Part shown: positions 1 through 11,600 of the stretch, in pieces
Numbering within the stretch: position 1 is the first letter of the stretch
How the letters are laid out: the number at the start of each line of letters is the position of its first letter
Assembly: GCA_964016885.1 (NCBI GenBank)
Contig: OZ024743.1
Coordinates: 233,740,001 to 233,804,000 of the forward strand
DNA from: Eledone cirrhosa
Lineage: Eukaryota
Length of the DNA: 64,000 bases
Reading direction: 5' to 3'
Notes under the pieces: model-generated
What the model was told of the DNA's origin: nothing
Database searches by the model: none
Seen by the model: only the letters and a program-made list of their open reading frames with translations
Translations under genes and position numbers: made by a program

Positions 1-227
1 GAGTGTCTGCACATGTACCAGTAATTACAGATCGATCCGACCACGGGCGGTCGGTTTGCGATTGAAAAGGTAACTCCGCCGGCAAATCGTCATTTTTGGA
101 TTCGTTTTCTTCGAAGCACACCATTCGCCGGCTGACTTTGTTGACGTTTAACACGGTTTGGTTCCACAGCCACAACTATTGATTTTAAGGAGATATCTTG
201 CTGAAATTCACGCCACACATAGCCAAT
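1..227 (+). repeat. Reference monomer, 227 bp (this first copy is the B haplotype)
   Basis: Major (A) consensus: gagtgtctgcacatgtaccagtaattacagatcgatccgaccacgggcggccggcccgcgattgaaaaggtaactccgccggcaaatcgtcatttttggattcgttttcttcgaagcacaccattcgccggcggactttgttgacgtttaacacggtttggttccacagccacaactattgattttacggagatatcttgctgaaattcacgccacacatagccaat. Hand count gives 111/227 G+C. Confidence 0.97.
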
Positions 228-434
228 GAGTGTCTGCACAGGTACCAGTAATTACAGATCGATCCGACCACGGGCGGCCGGTTTGCGATTGAAAAGGTAA
301 CTCCGCCGGCAAATCGTCATTTTTGGATTCGTTTTCTTCGAAGCACACCATTCGCCGGCTGACTTTGTTGACGTTTAACACGGTTTGGTTCCACAGCCAC
401 AACTATTGATTTTAAGGAGATATCTTGCTGAAAT

Positions 435-3400
435 TCACGCCACACATAGCCAATGAGTGTCTGCACAGGTACCAGTAATTACAGATCGATCCGACCACGG
501 GCGGCCGGCCCGCGATTGAAAAGGTAACTCCGCCGGCAAATCGTCATTTTTGGATTCGTTTTCTTCGAAGCACACCATTCGCCGGCGGACTTTGTTGACG
601 TTTAACACGGTTTGGTTCCACAGCCACAACTATTGATTTTACGGAGATATCTTGCTGAAATTCACGCCACACATAGCCAATGAGTGTCTGCACATGTACC
701 AGTAATTACAGATCGATCCGACCACGGGCGGCCGGCCCGCGATTGGAAAGGTAACTCCGCCGGCAAATCGTCATTTTTGGATTCGTTTTCTTCGAAGCAC
801 ACCATTCGCCGGCGGACTTTGTTGACGTTTAACACGGTTTGGTTCCACAGCCACAACTATTGATTTTACGGAGATATCTTGCTGAAATTCACGCCACACA
901 TAGCCAATGAGTGTCTGCACATGTATCAGTAATTACAGATCGATCCGACCACGGGCGGCCGGCCCGCGATTGAAAAGGTAACTCCGCCGGCAAATCGTCA
1001 TTTTTGGATTCGTTTTCTTCGAAGCACACCATTCGCCGGCGGACTTTGTTGACGTTTAACACGGTTTGGTTCCACAGCCACAACTATTGATTTTACGGAG
1101 ATATCTTGCTGAAATTCACGCCACACATAGCCAATGAGTGTCTGCACATGTACAAGTAATTACAGATCGATCCGACCACGGGCGGCCGGCCCGCGATTGA
1201 AAAGGTAACTCCGCCGGCAAATCGTCATTTTTGGATTCGTTTTCTTCGAAGCACACCATTCGCCGGCGGACTTTGTTGACGTTTAACACGGTTTGGTTCC
1301 ACAGCCACAACTATTGATTTTACGGAGATATCTTGCTGAAATTCACGCCACACATAGCCAATGAGTGTCTGCACATGTACCAGTAATTACAGATCGATCC
1401 GACCACGGGCGGCCGGCCCGCGATTGAAAAGGTAACTCCGCCGGCAAATCGTCATTTTTGGATTCGTTTTCTTCGAAGCACACCATTCGCCGGCGGACTT
1501 TGTTGACGTTTAACACGGTTTGGTTCCACAGCCACAACTATTGATTTTACGGAGATATCTTGCTGAAATTCACGCCACACATAGCCAATGAGTGTCTGCA
1601 CATGTATCAGTAATTACAGATCGATCCGACCACGGGCGGCCGGCCCGCGATTGAAAAGGTAACTCCGCCGGCAAATCGTCATTTTTGGATTCGTTTTCTT
1701 CGAAGCACACCATTCGCCGGCGGACTTTGTTGACGTTTAACACGGTTTGGTTCCACAGCCACAACTATTGATTTTACGGAGATATCTTGCTGAAATTCAC
1801 GCCACACATAGCCAATGAGTGTCTGCACATGTACAAGTAATTACAGATCGATCCGACCACGGGCGGCCGGCCCGCGATTGAAAAGGTAACTCCGCCGGCA
1901 AATCGTCATTTTTGGATTCGTTTTCTTCGAAGCACACCATTCGCCGGCGGACTTTGTTGACGTTTAACACGGTTTGGTTCCACAGCCACAACTATTGATT
2001 TTACGGAGATATCTTGCTGAAATTCACGCCACACATAGCCAATGAGTGTCTGCACATGTACCAGTAATTACAGATCGATCCGACCACGGGCGGCCGGCCC
2101 GCGATTGAAAAGGTAACTCCGCCGGCAAATCGTCATTTTTGGATTCGTTTTCTTCGAAGCACACCATTCGCCGGCGGACTTTGTTGACGTTTAACACGGT
2201 TTGGTTCCACAGCCACAACTATTGATTTTACGGAGATATCTTGCTGAAATTCACGCCACACATAGCCAATGAGTGTCTGCACATGTACCAGTAATTACAG
2301 ATCGATCCGACCACGGGCGGTCGGTTTGCGATTGAAAAGGTAACTCCGCCGGCAAATCGTCATTTTTGGATTCGTTTTCTTCGAAGCACACCATTCGCCG
2401 GCTGACTTTGTTGACGTTTAACACGGTTTGGTTCCACAGCCACAACTATTGATTTTAAGGAGATATCTTGCTGAAATTCACGCCACACATAGCCAATGAG
2501 TGTCTGCACAGGTACCAGTAATTACAGATCGATCCGACCACGGGCGGCCGGCTTGCGATTGAAAAGGTAACTCCGCCGGCAAATCGTCATTTTTGGATTC
2601 GTTTTCTTCGAAGCACACCATTCGCCGGCTGACTTTGTTGACGTTTAACACGGTTTGGTTCCACAGCCACAACTATTGATTTTAAGGAGATATCTTGCTG
2701 AAATTCACGCCACACATAGCCAATGAGTGTCTGCACAGGTACCAGTAATTACAGATCGATCCGACCACGGGCGGCCGGCCCGCGATTGAAAAGGTAACTC
2801 CGCCGGCAAATCGTCATTTTTGGATTCGTTTTCTTCGAAGCACACCATTCGCCGGCGGACTTTGTTGACGTTTAACACGGTTTGGTTCCACAGCCACAAC
2901 TATTGATTTTACGGAGATATCTTGCTGAAATTCACGCCACACATAGCCAATGAGTGTCTGCACATGTACCAGTAATTACAGATCGATCCGACCACGGGCG
3001 GCCGGCCCGCGATTGGAAAGGTAACTCCGCCGGCAAATCGTCATTTTTGGATTCGTTTTCTTCGAAGCACACCATTCGCCGGCGGACTTTGTTGACGTTT
3101 AACACGGTTTGGTTCCACAGCCACAACTATTGATTTTAAGGAGATATCTTGCTGAAATTCACGCCACACATAGCCAATGAGTGTCTGCACAGGTACCAGT
3201 AATTACAGATCGATCCGACCACGGGCGGCCGGCCCGCGATTGAAAAGGTAACTCCGCCGGCAAATCGTCATTTTTGGATTCGTTTTCTTCGAAGCACACC
3301 ATTCGCCGGCGGACTTTGTTGACGTTTAACACGGTTTGGTTCCACAGCCACAACTATTGATTTTACGGAGATATCTTGCTGAAATTCACGCCACACATAG

Positions 3401-6400
3401 CCAATGAGTGTCTGCACATGTACCAGTAATTACAGATCGATCCGACCACGGGCGGCCGGCCCGCGATTGGAAAGGTAACTCCGCCGGCAAATCGTCATTT
3501 TTGGATTCGTTTTCTTCGAAGCACACCATTCGCCGGCGGACTTTGTTGACGTTTAACACGGTTTGGTTCCACAGCCACAACTATTGATTTTACGGAGATA
3601 TCTTGCTGAAATTCACGCCACACATAGCCAATGAGTGTCTGCACATGTATCAGTAATTACAGATCGATCCGACCACGGGCGGCCGGCCCGCGATTGAAAA
3701 GGTAACTCCGCCGGCAAATCGTCATTTTTGGATTCGTTTTCTTCGAAGCACACCATTCGCCGGCGGACTTTGTTGACGTTTAACACGGTTTGGTTCCACA
3801 GCCACAACTATTGATTTTACGGAGATATCTTGCTGAAATTCACGCCACACATAGCCAATGAGTGTCTGCACATGTACAAGTAATTACAGATCGATCCGAC
3901 CACGGGCGGCCGGCCCGCGATTGAAAAGGTAACTCCGCCGGCAAATCGTCATTTTTGGATTCGTTTTCTTCGAAGCACACCATTCGCCGGCGGACTTTGT
4001 TGACGTTTAACACGGTTTGGTTCCACAGCCACAACTATTGATTTTACGGAGATATCTTGCTGAAATTCACGCCACACATAGCCAATGAGTGTCTGCACAT
4101 GTACCAGTAATTACAGATCGATCCGACCACGGGCGGCCGGCCCGCGATTGAAAAGGTAACTCCGCCGGCAAATCGTCATTTTTGGATTCGTTTTCTTCGA
4201 AGCACACCATTCGCCGGCGGACTTTGTTGACGTTTAACACGGTTTGGTTCCACAGCCACAACTATTGATTTTACGGAGATATCTTGCTGAAATTCACGCC
4301 ACACATAGCCAATGAGTGTCTGCACATGTACCAGTAATTACAGATCGATCCGACCACGGGCGGTCGGTTTGCGATTGAAAAGGTAACTCCGCCGGCAAAT
4401 CGTCATTTTTGGATTCGTTTTCTTCGAAGCACACCATTCGCCGGCTGACTTTGTTGACGTTTAACACGGTTTGGTTCCACAGCCACAACTATTGATTTTA
4501 AGGAGATATCTTGCTGAAATTCACGCCACACATAGCCAATGAGTGTCTGCACAGGTACCAGTAATTACAGATCGATCCGACCACGGGCGGCCGGCCCGCG
4601 ATTGAAAAGGTAACTCCGCCGGCAAATCGTCATTTTTGGATTCGTTTTCTTCGAAGCACACCATTCGCCGGCGGACTTTGTTGACGTTTAACACGGTTTG
4701 GTTCCACAGCCACAACTATTGATTTTACGGAGATATCTTGCTGAAATTCACGCCACACATAGCCAATGAGTGTCTGCACATGTACCAGTAATTACAGATC
4801 GATCCGACCACGGGCGGCCGGCCCGCGATTGGAAAGGTAACTCCGCCGGCAAATCGTCATTTTTGGATTCGTTTTCTTCGAAGCACACCATTCGCCGGCG
4901 GACTTTGTTGACGTTTAACACGGTTTGGTTCCACAGCCACAACTATTGATTTTACGGAGATATCTTGCTGAAATTCACGCCACACATAGCCAATGAGTGT
5001 CTGCACATGTATCAGTAATTACAGATCGATCCGACCACGGGCGGCCGGCCCGCGATTGAAAAGGTAACTCCGCCGGCAAATCGTCATTTTTGGATTCGTT
5101 TTCTTCGAAGCACACCATTCGCCGGCGGACTTTGTTGACGTTTAACACGGTTTGGTTCCACAGCCACAACTATTGATTTTACGGAGATATCTTGCTGAAA
5201 TTCACGCCACACATAGCCAATGAGTGTCTGCACATGTACAAGTAATTACAGATCGATCCGACCACGGGCGGCCGGCCCGCGATTGAAAAGGTAACTCCGC
5301 CGGCAAATCGTCATTTTTGGATTCGTTTTCTTCGAAGCACACCATTCGCCGGCGGACTTTGTTGACGTTTAACACGGTTTGGTTCCACAGCCACAACTAT
5401 TGATTTTACGGAGATATCTTGCTGAAATTCACGCCACACATAGCCAATGAGTGTCTGCACATGTACCAGTAATTACAGATCGATCCGACCACGGGCGGCC
5501 GGCCCGCGATTGAAAAGGTAACTCCGCCGGCAAATCGTCATTTTTGGATTCGTTTTCTTCGAAGCACACCATTCGCCGGCGGACTTTGTTGACGTTTAAC
5601 ACGGTTTGGTTCCACAGCCACAACTATTGATTTTACGGAGATATCTTGCTGAAATTCACGCCACACATAGCCAATGAGTGTCTGCACATGTATCAGTAAT
5701 TACAGATCGATCCGACCACGGGCGGCCGGCCCGCGATTGAAAAGGTAACTCCGCCGGCAAATCGTCATTTTTGGATTCGTTTTCTTCGAAGCACACCATT
5801 CGCCGGCGGACTTTGTTGACGTTTAACACGGTTTGGTTCCACAGCCACAACTATTGATTTTACGGAGATATCTTGCTGAAATTCACGCCACACATAGCCA
5901 ATGAGTGTCTGCACATGTACAAGTAATTACAGATCGATCCGACCACGGGCGGCCGGCCCGCGATTGAAAAGGTAACTCCGCCGGCAAATCGTCATTTTTG
6001 GATTCGTTTTCTTCGAAGCACACCATTCGCCGGCGGACTTTGTTGACGTTTAACACGGTTTGGTTCCACAGCCACAACTATTGATTTTACGGAGATATCT
6101 TGCTGAAATTCACGCCACACATAGCCAATGAGTGTCTGCACATGTACCAGTAATTACAGATCGATCCGACCACGGGCGGCCGGCCCGCGATTGAAAAGGT
6201 AACTCCGCCGGCAAATCGTCATTTTTGGATTCGTTTTCTTCGAAGCACACCATTCGCCGGCGGACTTTGTTGACGTTTAACACGGTTTGGTTCCACAGCC
6301 ACAACTATTGATTTTACGGAGATATCTTGCTGAAATTCACGCCACACATAGCCAATGAGTGTCTGCACATGTACCAGTAATTACAGATCGATCCGACCAC

Positions 6401-8606
6401 GGGCGGTCGGTTTGCGATTGAAAAGGTAACTCCGCCGGCAAATCGTCATTTTTGGATTCGTTTTCTTCGAAGCACACCATTCGCCGGCTGACTTTGTTGA
6501 CGTTTAACACGGTTTGGTTCCACAGCCACAACTATTGATTTTAAGGAGATATCTTGCTGAAATTCACGCCACACATAGCCAATGAGTGTCTGCACAGGTA
6601 CCAGTAATTACAGATCGATCCGACCACGGGCGGCCGGCTTGCGATTGAAAAGGTAACTCCGCCGGCAAATCGTCATTTTTGGATTCGTTTTCTTCGAAGC
6701 ACACCATTCGCCGGCTGACTTTGTTGACGTTTAACACGGTTTGGTTCCACAGCCACAACTATTGATTTTAAGGAGATATCTTGCTGAAATTCACGCCACA
6801 CATAGCCAATGAGTGTCTGCACAGGTACCAGTAATTACAGATCGATCCGACCACGGGCGGCCGGCCCGCGATTGAAAAGGTAACTCCGCCGGCAAATCGT
6901 CATTTTTGGATTCGTTTTCTTCGAAGCACACCATTCGCCGGCGGACTTTGTTGACGTTTAACACGGTTTGGTTCCACAGCCACAACTATTGATTTTACGG
7001 AGATATCTTGCTGAAATTCACGCCACACATAGCCAATGAGTGTCTGCACATGTACCAGTAATTACAGATCGATCCGACCACGGGCGGCCGGCCCGCGATT
7101 GGAAAGGTAACTCCGCCGGCAAATCGTCATTTTTGGATTCGTTTTCTTCGAAGCACACCATTCGCCGGCGGACTTTGTTGACGTTTAACACGGTTTGGTT
7201 CCACAGCCACAACTATTGATTTTAAGGAGATATCTTGCTGAAATTCACGCCACACATAGCCAATGAGTGTCTGCACAGGTACCAGTAATTACAGATCGAT
7301 CCGACCACGGGCGGCCGGCCCGCGATTGAAAAGGTAACTCCGCCGGCAAATCGTCATTTTTGGATTCGTTTTCTTCGAAGCACACCATTCGCCGGCGGAC
7401 TTTGTTGACGTTTAACACGGTTTGGTTCCACAGCCACAACTATTGATTTTACGGAGATATCTTGCTGAAATTCACGCCACACATAGCCAATGAGTGTCTG
7501 CACATGTACCAGTAATTACAGATCGATCCGACCACGGGCGGCCGGCCCGCGATTGGAAAGGTAACTCCGCCGGCAAATCGTCATTTTTGGATTCGTTTTC
7601 TTCGAAGCACACCATTCGCCGGCGGACTTTGTTGACGTTTAACACGGTTTGGTTCCACAGCCACAACTATTGATTTTACGGAGATATCTTGCTGAAATTC
7701 ACGCCACACATAGCCAATGAGTGTCTGCACATGTATCAGTAATTACAGATCGATCCGACCACGGGCGGCCGGCCCGCGATTGAAAAGGTAACTCCGCCGG
7801 CAAATCGTCATTTTTGGATTCGTTTTCTTCGAAGCACACCATTCGCCGGCGGACTTTGTTGACGTTTAACACGGTTTGGTTCCACAGCCACAACTATTGA
7901 TTTTACGGAGATATCTTGCTGAAATTCACGCCACACATAGCCAATGAGTGTCTGCACATGTACAAGTAATTACAGATCGATCCGACCACGGGCGGCCGGC
8001 CCGCGATTGAAAAGGTAACTCCGCCGGCAAATCGTCATTTTTGGATTCGTTTTCTTCGAAGCACACCATTCGCCGGCGGACTTTGTTGACGTTTAACACG
8101 GTTTGGTTCCACAGCCACAACTATTGATTTTACGGAGATATCTTGCTGAAATTCACGCCACACATAGCCAATGAGTGTCTGCACATGTACCAGTAATTAC
8201 AGATCGATCCGACCACGGGCGGCCGGCCCGCGATTGAAAAGGTAACTCCGCCGGCAAATCGTCATTTTTGGATTCGTTTTCTTCGAAGCACACCATTCGC
8301 CGGCGGACTTTGTTGACGTTTAACACGGTTTGGTTCCACAGCCACAACTATTGATTTTACGGAGATATCTTGCTGAAATTCACGCCACACATAGCCAATG
8401 AGTGTCTGCACATGTACCAGTAATTACAGATCGATCCGACCACGGGCGGTCGGTTTGCGATTGAAAAGGTAACTCCGCCGGCAAATCGTCATTTTTGGAT
8501 TCGTTTTCTTCGAAGCACACCATTCGCCGGCTGACTTTGTTGACGTTTAACACGGTTTGGTTCCACAGCCACAACTATTGATTTTAAGGAGATATCTTGC
8601 TGAAAT
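435..8606. repeat. Higher-order repeat: 18-monomer unit (4,086 bp) x2
   Basis: Variant order A A D C A D C A B Q A A A A D C A B at 435-4520 repeats at 4521-8606. The rare Q monomer occurs only at 2478 and 6564, 4,086 bp apart. Confidence 0.92.
526..592. repeat. Imperfect inverted repeat within each monomer (19-bp arms, 29-bp spacer); example copy
   Basis: AACTCCGCCGGCAAATCGT (526-544) versus the reverse complement of 574-592, AAGTCCGCCGGCGAATGGT: 16/19 match, including a perfect 9-bp core TCCGCCGGC/GCCGGCGGA. Confidence 0.9.
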
Positions 8607-11600
8607 TCACGCCACACATAGCCAATGAGTGTCTGCACAGGTACCAGTAATTACAGATCGATCCGACCACGGGCGGCCGGTTTGCGATTGAAAAGGTAAC
8701 TCCGCCGGCAAATCGTCATTTTTGGATTCGTTTTCTTCGAAGCACACCATTCGCCGGCTGACTTTGTTGACGTTTAACACGGTTTGGTTCCACAGCCACA
8801 ACTATTGATTTTAAGGAGATATCTTGCTGAAATTCACGCCACACATAGCCAATGAGTGTCTGCACAGGTACCAGTAATTACAGATCGATCCGACCACGGG
8901 CGGCCGGCCCGCGATTGAAAAGGTAACTCCGCCGGCAAATCGTCATTTTTGGATTCGTTTTCTTCGAAGCACACCATTCGCCGGCGGACTTTGTTGACGT
9001 TTAACACGGTTTGGTTCCACAGCCACAACTATTGATTTTACGGAGATATCTTGCTGAAATTCACGCCACACATAGCCAATGAGTGTCTGCACATGTACCA
9101 GTAATTACAGATCGATCCGACCACGGGCGGCCGGCCCGCGATTGGAAAGGTAACTCCGCCGGCAAATCGTCATTTTTGGATTCGTTTTCTTCGAAGCACA
9201 CCATTCGCCGGCGGACTTTGTTGACGTTTAACACGGTTTGGTTCCACAGCCACAACTATTGATTTTACGGAGATATCTTGCTGAAATTCACGCCACACAT
9301 AGCCAATGAGTGTCTGCACATGTATCAGTAATTACAGATCGATCCGACCACGGGCGGCCGGCCCGCGATTGAAAAGGTAACTCCGCCGGCAAATCGTCAT
9401 TTTTGGATTCGTTTTCTTCGAAGCACACCATTCGCCGGCGGACTTTGTTGACGTTTAACACGGTTTGGTTCCACAGCCACAACTATTGATTTTACGGAGA
9501 TATCTTGCTGAAATTCACGCCACACATAGCCAATGAGTGTCCGCACATGTACCAGTAATTACAGATCGATCCGACCACGGGCGGTCGGTTTGCGATTGAA
9601 AAGGTAACTCCGCCGGCAAATCGTCATTTTTGGATTCGTTTTCTTCGAAGCACACCATTCGCCGGCTGACTTTGTTGACGTTTAACACGGTTTGGTTCCA
9701 CAGCCACAACTATTGATTTTACGGAGATATCTTGCTGAAATTCACGCCACACATAGCCAATGAGTGTCTGCACATGTACCAGTAATTACAGATCGATCCG
9801 ACCACGGGCGGTCGGTTTGCGATTGAAAAGGTAACTCCGCCGGCAAATCGTCATTTTTGGATTCGTTTTCTTCGAAGCACACCATTCGCCGGCTGACTTT
9901 GTTGACGTTTAACACGGTTTGGTTCCACAGCCACAACTATTGATTTTAAGGAGATATCTTGCTGAAATTCACGCCACACATAGCCAATGAGTGTCTGCAC
10001 AGGTACCAGTAATTACAGATCGATCCGACCACGGGCGGCCGGCCCGCGATTGAAAAGGTAACTCCGCCGGCAAATCGTCATTTTTGGATTCGTTTTCTTC
10101 GAAGCACACCATTCGCCGGCGGACTTTGTTGACGTTTAACACGGTTTGGTTCCACAGCCACAACTATTGATTTTACGGAGATATCTTGCTGAAATTCACG
10201 CCACACATAGCCAATGAGTGTCTGCACATGTACCAGTAATTACAGATCGATCCGACCACGGGCGGCCGGCCCGCGATTGGAAAGGTAACTCCGCCGGCAA
10301 ATCGTCATTTTTGGATTCGTTTTCTTCGAAGCACACCATTCGCCGGCGGACTTTGTTGACGTTTAACACGGTTTGGTTCCACAGCCACAACTATTGATTT
10401 TAAGGAGATATCTTGCTGAAATTCACGCCACACATAGCCAATGAGTGTCTGCACAGGTACCAGTAATTACAGATCGATCCGACCACGGGCGGCCGGCCCG
10501 CGATTGAAAAGGTAACTCCGCCGGCAAATCGTCATTTTTGGATTCGTTTTCTTCGAAGCACACCATTCGCCGGCGGACTTTGTTGACGTTTAACACGGTT
10601 TGGTTCCACAGCCACAACTATTGATTTTACGGAGATATCTTGCTGAAATTCACGCCACACATAGCCAATGAGTGTCTGCACATGTACCAGTAATTACAGA
10701 TCGATCCGACCACGGGCGGCCGGCCCGCGATTGGAAAGGTAACTCCGCCGGCAAATCGTCATTTTTGGATTCGTTTTCTTCGAAGCACACCATTCGCCGG
10801 CGGACTTTGTTGACGTTTAACACGGTTTGGTTCCACAGCCACAACTATTGATTTTACGGAGATATCTTGCTGAAATTCACGCCACACATAGCCAATGAGT
10901 GTCTGCACATGTATCAGTAATTACAGATCGATCCGACCACGGGCGGCCGGCCCGCGATTGAAAAGGTAACTCCGCCGGCAAATCGTCATTTTTGGATTCG
11001 TTTTCTTCGAAGCACACCATTCGCCGGCGGACTTTGTTGACGTTTAACACGGTTTGGTTCCACAGCCACAACTATTGATTTTACGGAGATATCTTGCTGA
11101 AATTCACGCCACACATAGCCAATGAGTGTCTGCACATGTACAAGTAATTACAGATCGATCCGACCACGGGCGGCCGGCCCGCGATTGAAAAGGTAACTCC
11201 GCCGGCAAATCGTCATTTTTGGATTCGTTTTCTTCGAAGCACACCATTCGCCGGCGGACTTTGTTGACGTTTAACACGGTTTGGTTCCACAGCCACAACT
11301 ATTGATTTTACGGAGATATCTTGCTGAAATTCACGCCACACATAGCCAATGAGTGTCTGCACATGTACCAGTAATTACAGATCGATCCGACCACGGGCGG
11401 CCGGCCCGCGATTGAAAAGGTAACTCCGCCGGCAAATCGTCATTTTTGGATTCGTTTTCTTCGAAGCACACCATTCGCCGGCGGACTTTGTTGACGTTTA
11501 ACACGGTTTGGTTCCACAGCCACAACTATTGATTTTACGGAGATATCTTGCTGAAATTCACGCCACACATAGCCAATGAGTGTCTGCACATGTACCAGTA

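Noticed and set aside
60-140. Hammerhead ribozyme or retrozyme-type tandem repeat (the monomer size would fit)
   Set aside because: No CUGANGA core exists on either strand. The nearest is ATGACGA on the minus strand, and it lies too close to the GAAA to build stems I and III. An Infernal/Rfam scan of a dimer would be the definitive test.
1-227. Tandem RNA gene array (5S rRNA, tRNA, snRNA or spliced-leader RNA)
   Set aside because: I found no recognisable 5S sequence, tRNA cloverleaf or GTTCGA B-box, or known spliced-leader sequence. The AAGGTAA and ATTTTTGG motifs loosely resemble a splice donor and an Sm site, but that alone is insufficient support. An Rfam search and a check of mRNA 5' ends would settle it.
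184-251. Shine-Dalgarno or T7 g10-like AAGGAGATAT followed by TTG and a 17-codon plus-strand ORF
   Set aside because: It is present only in the minority A188 allele (most copies read acggagatat), the peptide is tiny and the context is satellite DNA, so it is probably coincidental.
503-592. HDV-like ribozyme suggested by GGCCGGC...GCCGGC on the plus strand and GGCGAATGG on the minus strand
   Set aside because: I could not build the nested double pseudoknot: there is no UYC-type L3 loop and no consistent P2 or P1.1 pairing. The matches are explained by the GCCGGC palindromes.
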